In this document: positions 50,441-57,080 of the stretch, in pieces
How positions within the stretch are numbered: the stretch's first letter is position 1
How the letters are laid out: each line of letters begins with the position of its first letter
IMG/VR virus record: IMGVR_UViG_3300043448_000837
Span: 32,001 to 96,000 of that record
Source of the DNA: a virus
Direction: 5' to 3' (one strand)
DNA length: 64,000 nucleotides
Notes under the pieces: model-generated
Told to the model about the DNA's origin: nothing
Database searches by the model: none
Seen by the model: the letters and a program-made list of their open reading frames with translations, nothing else
Position numbers and translations under genes: made by a program

Positions 50441-50612
50441 TTAATTAGATAGAAATCAACATCCACCTCGCAAAGTGTGGGTCCGTGTTTCAACGGCACT
50501 TGTGGGTGGCTCTAGGAGTTTAAGGAATGACTGCATTCCCGAGTTGCTCCCCGCAGTGTATCGTGGGGCCGACCTCATAAATCGGTGTTAAAAGCAACGC
50601 CGCTATTATAAC

Positions 50613-50640
50613 GGAAAAAAGGGAGGCGTAAACCTCCCCG
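50613..50640 (-). terminator. Intrinsic terminator after tmRNA
   Basis: GGGAGG-TTTACG-CCTCCC-TTTTTT. Confidence 0.85.
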
Positions 50641-50825
50641 TTCGCTCAGAGTGTGTTGCTCAAACGGCAACAGCAGTCCTGCGGAATGAAACGATGTTGT
50701 TGAGATTTATTCTCACTTCACCCTGCACGGTCGATAACCAGTTTACCCCCGTGAAGTGGAGGTAAGGCGATTCGAACGCCTGTGTCGCACAGAGCGCCCC
50801 AGTTTATAGTCTTGTGAGAGGACTG
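50641..50825 (-). ncRNA. ssrA: Circularly permuted (two-piece) tmRNA
   Basis: T-arm and 3' acceptor strand precede GGGGGTA 5' strand; G3-U70 pair; tag (A)LNNIVSFRRTAVAV* at 50660-50704; outer ends approximate. Confidence 0.88.
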
Positions 50826-50828
50826 ATT

Positions 50829-51329
50829 TCAGCGTAATTTTCTACCTTTACGGTAATTTTCTGGGATAGGGTCACCTACCCTTATCTTCAAGTTTTTCTC
50901 CCCATTGGTAACCCACATAGTGCCGAATTGAGAATTTCTCTCCCCTTGTTGGTGTTTCATTTCAGCAAGAGTTTTTCGTCTCTTAGCTTTAGCCTCAGGA
51001 GATAGGGCAGCTTTTACGGCTAGAAGTCTATTCTTGCGTAGATTATTTAGCTGGTTCGATCTGTATTCTTCGTCGTTTTTCCACAGGAACGAAGTTCTCT
51101 CCCACATCTTCTCTAAGCCGCCGCTATTTCGAGCAAGTTGGTTAATAATTTCTTCTTTTCCAATTTCTCCTACCAATCCCTTCCACGCAATAAAATCACG
51201 TTTGTCTCCCCATAGTTGCCAGTTGCAGTAATGAAACATTGCATGTTGAGTTACCGAGACCTCGACTAGGTTTGAAAGATCATCGGTTCCCCCTTTATAC
51301 TTCGGCAGAATGTGATGTTTGTGGGTCAT
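50829..51329 (-). CDS. HNH homing endonuclease
   Basis: HKHHILPKYKGG..NLV..HAMFH; NSQFGTMWVTNG. Confidence 0.85.
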   Translation of the reverse strand: MTHKHHILPKYKGGTDDLSNLVEVSVTQHAMFHYCNWQLWGDKRDFIAWKGLVGEIGKEEIINQLARNSGGLEKMWERTSFLWKNDEEYRSNQLNNLRKNRLLAVKAALSPEAKAKRRKTLAEMKHQQGERNSQFGTMWVTNGEKNLKIRVGDPIPENYRKGRKLR

Positions 51330-51412
51330 TGTAATCGGTAATCCGATTACTTTTACCCCAACGCTAGAATCGAACCTCTATTGAAACGGAGTTGTTACCA
51401 CCCGAAGGTAGA

Positions 51413-51484
51413 TTGGCGATACTGGACTTGAACCAGTGACTTCTTCCGTGTCAAGGAAGTACTCTACCTCTGAGTTAATCGCCC
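51413..51484 (-). tRNA. tRNA-Val(GAC)
   Basis: Loop TTGACAC. Confidence 0.88.
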
Positions 51485-51574
51485 TGGCGGAAGATACTGG
51501 ATTCGAACCAGTGGTGCCGTTACCGACACAACGGTTTAGCAAACCGTCGCCTTAAACCACTCGGCCAATCTTCC
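51485..51574 (-). tRNA. tRNA-Ser(GCT)
   Basis: Loop TTGCTAA, CCA encoded. Confidence 0.92.
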
Positions 51575-51578
51575 AAGG

Positions 51579-51652
51579 TGCCCCCTGTAGGATTCGAACC
51601 TACGACTTCCTGGTTCGAAGCCAGGCGCTCTACTCCACTGAGCTAAGAGGGC
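51579..51652 (-). tRNA. tRNA-Arg(TCG)
   Basis: Loop CTTCGAA. Confidence 0.9.
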
Positions 51653-51655
51653 GAA

Positions 51656-51729
51656 TGAGAGATGGTGGATTTGAACCACCGACCATAGGCATATGAGACC
51701 CGTACTCTGCCAGACTGAGCTAATCTCTC
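51656..51729 (-). tRNA. tRNA-Met or Ile2 (CAT)
   Basis: Loop CTCATAT. Confidence 0.82.
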
Positions 51730-51747
51730 AAATTCCCTTTCGGGAAA

Positions 51748-51828
51748 TGCCCCCAGTCGGACTTGAACCGACAAACCTTTCGGCGGCTGATTTTGAATCA
51801 GCTGTGTTTACCATTTCACCACAAGGGC
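51748..51828 (-). tRNA. tRNA-Leu(CAA)
   Basis: Loop TTCAAAA. Confidence 0.9.
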
Positions 51829-51832
51829 AAGG

Positions 51833-51905
51833 CACCCTCGGCAGGATTTGAACCTGCGACTAACCGCTTAGAAGGCGGATGCTCTAGCCACTGAGCTACG
51901 AGGGC
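51833..51905 (-). tRNA. tRNA-Arg(TCT)
   Basis: Loop CTTCTAA. Confidence 0.9.
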
Positions 51906-51908
51906 AAA

Positions 51909-51982
51909 CGCTCTCTGTAGGATTCGAACCTACGACCTTCTGATCCGTAGTCAGACGCTCTAATCCGCTGAGCTAAGAGAGC
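51909..51982 (-). tRNA. tRNA-Arg(ACG)
   Basis: Loop CTACGGA. Confidence 0.92.
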
Positions 51983-51983
51983 A

Positions 51984-52057
51984 TGGCACCGAAACAAGGA
52001 CTTGAACCTTGGATAACAGTTTTGGAGACTGTCGTGTTACCACTACACTATTTCGGT
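51984..52057 (-). tRNA. tRNA-Trp(CCA)
   Basis: Loop CTCCAAA, CCA encoded. Confidence 0.9.
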
Positions 52058-52077
52058 AAAGTTGCCCGTCAGGGCAA

Positions 52078-52151
52078 TGTCCGTGAGAGGACTCGAACCT
52101 CCAACAACTACCACCTCAAAGTAGCGCGTCTGCCAATTGCGCCACACGGAC
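52078..52151 (-). tRNA. tRNA-Leu(GAG) with short variable loop
   Basis: Loop TTGAGGT. Confidence 0.82.
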
Positions 52152-52153
52152 AT

Positions 52154-52228
52154 TGGTTCTGGAGCTAGGACTCGAACCCAGGAATGGCGGGACCAAAACC
52201 CGCTGCCTTACCACTTGGCTACTCCAGA
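52154..52228 (-). tRNA. tRNA-Gln(TTG)
   Basis: Loop TTTTGGT, CCA encoded. Confidence 0.9.
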
Positions 52229-52247
52229 TTACTTGGCACGAGGCCAA

Positions 52248-52319
52248 AGTTTCGGGTCGGAATCGAACCGACGCATGAAGGTTTTGCAGACCTTCGCCTT
52301 ACCACTTGGCTACCGAAAC
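52248..52319 (-). tRNA. tRNA-Cys(GCA)
   Basis: Loop CTGCAAA. Confidence 0.9.
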
Positions 52320-52321
52320 GG

Positions 52322-52394
52322 GGTGGTCGATGAGATTTGAACTCACATGAACCAGATCCACAATCTGGCGCATTAACCATTATGCTACGACCAC
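52322..52394 (-). tRNA. tRNA-His(GTG)
   Basis: Loop TTGTGGA. Confidence 0.9.
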
Positions 52395-52396
52395 AG

Positions 52397-52481
52397 CGGA
52401 GAGGGTGGGATTCGAACCCACGGAGGCTTTCACCTCGCTAGTTTTCAAGACTAGAGCCATCAACCACTCGACCACCTCTCC
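52397..52481 (-). tRNA. tRNA-Ser(TGA)
   Basis: Loop CTTGAAA. Confidence 0.92.
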
Positions 52482-52485
52482 AAGG

Positions 52486-52557
52486 AGCGGATGAAGGGAT
52501 TTGAACCCTCGACTTTCTCCTTGGCAAGGAGATGCTCTACCACTGAGCTACATCCGC
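52486..52557 (-). tRNA. tRNA-Gly(GCC)
   Basis: Loop TTGCCAA. Confidence 0.92.
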
Positions 52558-52577
52558 GAACGTTCCCGAAGGAACGA

Positions 52578-52650
52578 TGGAGAATAGGAGACTCGAACTC
52601 CTGACATCCTGCTTGCAAAGCAGGCGCTCTACCAGCTGAGCTAATTCCCC
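52578..52650 (-). tRNA. tRNA-Ala(TGC)
   Basis: Loop TTTGCAA, G3-U70. Confidence 0.93.
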
Positions 52651-52855
52651 GAGCAGGGCGAGAGTATCTGCCTACGATTAACGACTTGCGTAAAGATTAG
52701 AACTGAGTCACGCAACTTGGTCGCCTAACCCAGACTTTGCTTTGTCGCAGTACCGTTACTTTACGATGCAGCTTACGGGACTCTTCATTTAATGCAACAT
52801 TCCTCGTTGCACCCTCTTTGGCCTCCTTCCTGGCTATCTGCCAGACGAGTACCAA
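52651..52855 (-). ncRNA. ~200-nt structured RNA, manA RNA candidate
   Basis: Non-coding inter-tRNA segment with helices; resemblance to cyanophage manA RNA is from recall. Confidence 0.5.
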
Positions 52856-52927
52856 AGCCATCACTGAGGCTTGAACTCAGGACCTCCATCTTACCAAGAT
52901 GGCGCACTACCACTGTGCTATGACGGC
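52856..52927 (-). tRNA. tRNA-Thr(GGT)
   Basis: Loop TTGGTAA. Confidence 0.9.
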
Positions 52928-52931
52928 GAAG

Positions 52932-53013
52932 TGGGAAAGACTGGATTTGAACCAGTGTAGGCAGAGCCAAAGGTTTTACAGACCTCCTCCTTTAACCACT
53001 CGGACACTTTCCC
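52932..53013 (-). tRNA. tRNA-Tyr(GTA)
   Basis: Loop CTGTAAA. Confidence 0.92.
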
Positions 53014-53267
53014 AAAATCCCCTTGCGGGGGGATTTGACGGTCTCTGCAGAGTAGATTGTCAGTTCAATACCTTCAATCACCGTCGTCCGCCCAGTTACC
53101 AGCTGGGCGGTGTAGCATTCAGTAACCCATGAGAATGCCAGCGGGGACCACTCGTATCAGGTCATTAGCCTCCCTTTTGCCTCAGGAGCTCGGCGCACGG
53201 CATACTCTCCGTACTGGAGTCGCACTTTTTGGTCAAGGCAGCAAAACTCCTTGTTGCCCGAAGGCAA

Positions 53268-53341
<74 letters not shown>

Positions 53342-53344
53342 TGA

Positions 53345-54232
53345 TGGCCCCATTTAACACGTGAAACGCTTCAAGAACGCACAGAGGTGGGGGCTCGTGG
53401 CTTCCAGCAGGGCTCGCATATTGGCCGGTAAGAGTGTTTCATCCAGCAGCACCAACGGCAAGACAGCCCTCAAGGAAGCACCACACATTAACGACTGTAT
53501 GAGTGGCCGTGTCGGGAACTTAACGACGTATTCCATACGACTCCGGTGTCTAGAACGGAGGGGTTGGTAGGAGGGGCGGCCTCCTGAGTGCGTCACCGCC
53601 CGCTTTTGCGTCACCCAGCCAGTGACCGGGGAGAGGCATTGCACTTCCTACGTTTGCCGGTTTTCAACCGGCCCCTGGAATGAAATCCAGGATGCTTCGT
53701 TCTCCCTTGAGCGATCCGAAGAACGCGGGACGGTGATTGCAGACCGCAGCCCGATGCTATGCCCGGACATTTCCGGACCACGCAGAGCGGGAACGCGAAC
53801 CAGCGAACTGGCCGCACCACACCGACAGAGCAGTGTGGGTGGTTGGTGAGGCAGGTGTCTCTACGCTGTACTTCCACAAGTGTCTACGCTATACGTTACA
53901 CAAGTGTCACGAACAGTTCAACTCCTTTTGCTTTCCTTACCTCGGCAGGGTGCCGCTACCTCCCTTGTTGCGGCGTGTTTGTACGTTTCGTTCATCCAGG
54001 TACGTTACTAGACCTAGGACACTTTTTCTTTTCCCGCATCAAGTCGTCAGTGTCGTTAACGCTTGAGCATGGAATGGGAGTTCACCCATTCGTAACTTAT
54101 TTGGGAGCCTGAACTATGACTCTTACAGGCAGTTTGGCATTTTTCTCGCTCCCGGACTACGCAAACTGCCAAATGGCATCCGGGCACAAGCCTACTCCCC
54201 CCTCGTCTAGTAGGCATCGCATGGACGAGGGA
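53345..54232 (-). ncRNA. Large (~890 nt) structured non-coding RNA candidate
   Basis: No credible ORF; serial pseudoknots and hairpins; lies between tRNA-Asn and tRNA-Pro. Confidence 0.65.
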
Positions 54233-54233
54233 A

Positions 54234-54305
54234 CTGGCCCGGCAGGGATCGAACCTGCGACAACTTGATTAACAGTCAAGCGTTCTACCGCTGAACTACA
54301 GGCCA
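54234..54305 (-). tRNA. tRNA-Asn(GTT)
   Basis: Loop CTGTTAA. Confidence 0.92.
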
Positions 54306-54346
54306 TTGTGGGAGTGTCTTTAGGGCGCATCTCATTCCCAAAAGCG

Positions 54347-54488
54347 TACCGAGTGATGGAATCGAACTATCACCGTTCTTTCAGTGAGTTACCATCTCAC
54401 CTAGGTTTCCGCAGCATTCATCTGACGACTGGTTAAGTCAACAAATCAAATGCTCGTCCACCTGAACTACCTACCCTTAGAACTCGGC
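54347..54488 (-). ncRNA. tRNA-like RNA (acceptor + T arm, expanded core)
   Basis: GCCGAG/CTCGGT stem and TTCGATT T-loop enclosing ~110 nt. Confidence 0.55.
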
Positions 54489-54514
54489 TTATGCTGAAGT
54501 TTGCCTTACGGCAA

Positions 54515-54588
54515 TGGCGGAGGCAGGATTCGAACCTGCGACCTCCAGGTTATGAGCCTGGCGAGCTACCGGACTGCTCTACTCCACG
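54515..54588 (-). tRNA. Initiator tRNA-fMet(CAT)
   Basis: C1xC72 mismatch, A11-U24, loop CTCATAA. Confidence 0.88.
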
Positions 54589-54702
54589 ATTCAACCCCCA
54601 GTTGTAACAAGCGTTGCCAGCTGGACGCACTTGAAACCGGATTTTACAACGCTAATGGCCCCAGGGGCGGTGACCGGCGTTGTGCCCACCAAAATGGGCA
54701 AA

Positions 54703-54776
54703 TGGGAACTGACGGATTTGAACCATCGACACCACGGGCTTCAACCGTGTGCTCTACCAAGCTGAGCTAAGTCCCC
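54703..54776 (-). tRNA. tRNA-Phe(GAA)
   Basis: Loop TTGAAGC. Confidence 0.9.
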
Positions 54777-54780
54777 GAGG

Positions 54781-54852
54781 TGGAACCGACAAGACTTGAA
54801 CTTGTGACCGCTCGGTTATCAGCCGAGTGCTCTACCACTGAGCTACGGTTCC
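54781..54852 (-). tRNA. tRNA-Ile(GAT)
   Basis: Loop CTGATAA. Confidence 0.92.
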
Positions 54853-55027
54853 ATGATTGGGCGGGATTGCTGCTAACTGTTACTTTCACTGACGGAAAGA
54901 ACTCCCAGCAGTCCCTAACAGTTTTAGTCTTGTTTAGGACTCCCATGCGGGCAGCTCACTTTCGTATCACTCTTGCAGAACCAAGAGGTATCAGATGAGC
55001 GGTGCAGTTTTGTGTCATGCCGGACAA

Positions 55028-55099
55028 CGACCCTAACGGGATTTGAACCCGTGATACTACCGTGACAGGGTAGCGTGATCACCGCTTCACTATAGGGTC
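55028..55099 (-). tRNA. tRNA-Asp(GTC)
   Basis: Loop CTGTCAC. Confidence 0.92.
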
Positions 55100-55121
55100 A
55101 AGACGAGGTTTGTAACCTCTA

Positions 55122-55193
55122 TGGGTCGTCTGAGATTCGAACTCAGGGCCAATCGGTTAAAAGCCGAGTGCTCTACCGCTGAGCTAACGACCC
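55122..55193 (-). tRNA. tRNA-Lys(TTT)
   Basis: Loop CTTTTAA. Confidence 0.92.
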
Positions 55194-55594
55194 GTGGATC
55201 TCTGGCTGGGATGGTACCGCCGTCATTAACCTCCTACCCAGAGGTTACCAGAGATGTTGTTCGCTTTCGTGGGCCTGAGAACGGATTGGTTACCGCCAGG
55301 TGTACCTTTCTCGTGCGGCGCTGAAACGGATTGGTTACCGCCAACTTACCGCCTCTTGTCTTTCCGAAGGAAAGTATCAGGCGAATGGACTCTTGGCTGG
55401 GGCGATGCGTCCGTCATTAACCAGCTGTTCACTGATTACCAAGAGGCGGGCGTCCCTAGTCCCCGCGATTTGCCAGAACTGATGAAGTGGCCGGAGACCG
55501 AAGTCATAACCCACCTCTCGTTTCGAGTGCGTTTTAGCTCTTAAACTACGCTACTGAAGTAGCGGTGGGTCTGACACCACACGTTTCACTCTAA

Positions 55595-55666
55595 TAGTCC
55601 CAACGGGATTCGAACCCGTGCTACAACCTTGAAAGGGTTGTGACCTAACCGCTAGTCGATAGGACC
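55595..55666 (-). tRNA. tRNA-Glu(TTC)
   Basis: Loop CTTTCAA. Confidence 0.92.
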
Positions 55667-55755
55667 ATTTGAAAACCTTTGGCTCAGTTCATGCCGTGCG
55701 ATTTACCCTGGACCGCATATCCAGGCACCAAAGGTTTTTGGTAATTTCTATTGAG

Positions 55756-55767
55756 TTTTCAAGTTTC
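55756..55767 (-). promoter_or_regulatory. boxA-like antitermination site (variant)
   Basis: GAAACTTGAAAA about 40 nt downstream of the promoter. Confidence 0.6.
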
Positions 55768-55806
55768 GTGTGACCTTGGAGAAGAACCTCTTTCAACCAC
55801 CCTTTT

Positions 55807-55872
55807 ATCATAGCGCCTTTTGCGCCAGAAGTAAAGGGGTGGAAACCGCCCAGAGAGGGCGGGAAACCGTCC
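55807..55872 (-). repeat. Cassette/promoter repeat copy 20 (tRNA operon promoter)
   Basis: TTTACT-N17-TATGAT. Confidence 0.85.
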
Positions 55873-55929
55873 TAGTGACTGAAGCGTCGGCAGCGCCGAC
55901 CTGGTCACGCACGGAGGTGGGTTTTTCAC

Positions 55930-55958
55930 TTTTCAAGGTTCGGGGCGAGGCTTTCCTC
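55930..55958 (-). promoter_or_regulatory. boxB-like hairpin + boxA
   Basis: GAGG-AAAG-CCTC then GAACCTTGAAAA. Confidence 0.7.
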
Positions 55959-55970
55959 AACCACCCTTTA

Positions 55971-56036
55971 ACTATAGCGCCTTTTGCGCCAGAAGTAAAG
56001 GGGTGGAAACCGTACCGAGGGTACGGGAAACCGCCC
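55971..56036 (-). repeat. Cassette/promoter repeat copy 21
   Basis: TTTACT-N17-TATAGT. Confidence 0.85.
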
Positions 56037-56038
56037 TA

Positions 56039-56119
56039 TGCCCTCCGGGAGACTCGAACTCCCACGCACAAGGCACTGGTACCTAAAACCAGGGCGTCTA
56101 CCAATTCCGCCAGGAGGGC
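56039..56119 (-). tRNA. tRNA-Leu(TAG)
   Basis: Loop TTTAGGT. Confidence 0.92.
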
Positions 56120-56133
56120 AAATAAGACTGGAA

Positions 56134-56219
56134 TGGAATGAACGGGAATCGAACCCGTCACTGAAGAGTTCCTTCTGGAGGTTTTTCTCTCCGAGCACCG
56201 CCGAGGCACCCCACGTTCC
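56134..56219 (-). ncRNA. Atypical tRNA-like RNA
   Basis: Perfect T-arm, 7-bp D-like stem, A-rich 8-nt loop in anticodon position. Confidence 0.55.
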
Positions 56220-56230
56220 AGTCTATCGAA

Positions 56231-56259
56231 TTTTCAAGGTTCGGGGCGAGGCTTTCCTC
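56231..56259 (-). promoter_or_regulatory. boxB-like hairpin + boxA
   Basis: Identical to 55930-55958. Confidence 0.7.
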
Positions 56260-56271
56260 AACCACCCTTTA

Positions 56272-56334
56272 ACTATAGCGCCTTTTGCGCCAGAAGTAAA
56301 GGGGTGGAAACCGCCCAGAGAGGGCGGTAACCCG
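56272..56334 (-). repeat. Cassette/promoter repeat copy 22
   Basis: TTTACT-N17-TATAGT. Confidence 0.85.
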
Positions 56335-56420
56335 GTGGTTGTGTCCGGGTCCACACAAGAGAATCCCCGGACCGGTGACCCGCCAGCCGTAAAGCCGACG
56401 GAGCACCCAACCACCCTTTA

Positions 56421-56485
56421 ACTATAACCCGTTTAGGGGCTCGAGTAAAGGGGGCAAACCGGCCTTTTCAGGCGGTTAACCGCCC
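56421..56485 (-). repeat. Cassette/promoter repeat copy 23
   Basis: GGGCGGTTAACCG..TTTACT-N17-TATAGT. Confidence 0.85.
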
Positions 56486-56603
56486 TTTCGTCGCTCTTGC
56501 TCGTAAATATACTGCAGTCCAAGCATTGGAACAACAATTACACCAAACCCGCAGAGTCCGAGCCAAATGGGACTGTCGGCAAGTGTGCGTACGAGGTGAA
56601 GCA

Positions 56604-56858
56604 TTAGGCTCCCTGGAAGTATTCAAGCGTTGGCCACTTATCCTCGATCCATATCATGGTTTTCACGATATCTGCGCGAGCTTTCATCTTTGTAGGTGCG
56701 ATTCCGTTGTGCATGTGAGTTCCCCATGGTCCTCCATCTTCCCAAACAAGACACCAGTGCCACTCTTGTTTTCCTTCGCACCACCACACCTCTGCCGAGC
56801 AGTTTCGACTGTCAAGGCGAACGGTGGTCACATGTCTGTTTCCAGAACCGGTAATCAC
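56604..56858 (-). CDS. Hypothetical protein
   Basis: Coupled ORF. Confidence 0.6.
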   Translation of the reverse strand: MITGSGNRHVTTVRLDSRNCSAEVWWCEGKQEWHWCLVWEDGGPWGTHMHNGIAPTKMKARADIVKTMIWIEDKWPTLEYFQGA

Positions 56859-56864
56859 AGATCG

Positions 56865-57080
56865 TCAATCCGATACTTCGACTGAAGTAGCAGGTCGAGC
56901 TCCGTCTTCAACCTTTCGGAAGACGATTTGCTTGTGAACGGCATAAATTTCGAGAGTGTCTCCTTCACCCCAGCCGAGGGCATCAAGGAGCTCGTCAGGA
57001 AACGGAAAAACGAGGTTACCTTCGTCATCTTCTTCAAGGGTGATCGTGAATGAGTCGGGATCTGTGTTAAACCCAGGCAT
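56865..57080 (-). CDS. AbrB/MazE-like DNA-binding protein
   Basis: GNLVFPFPDELLDALGWGEGDTLEI. Confidence 0.75.
   Translation of the reverse strand: MPGFNTDPDSFTITLEEDDEGNLVFPFPDELLDALGWGEGDTLEIYAVHKQIVFRKVEDGARPATSVEVSD

Noticed and set aside
53345-54232. RNase P RNA or group I/II intron
   Set aside because: No GAGGAAAGTCC P4 motif or group II domain V seen, and the flanking tRNAs are intact
55478-55506. CTGATGA as a hammerhead ribozyme core
   Set aside because: On the non-transcribed strand, followed by GAAG rather than GAAA, and no convincing stems I/III
56134-56219. Selenocysteine or suppressor tRNA / stop-codon recoding
   Set aside because: No UCA, CUA or UUA anticodon in any tRNA, and genes end normally at TAA, TAG and TGA
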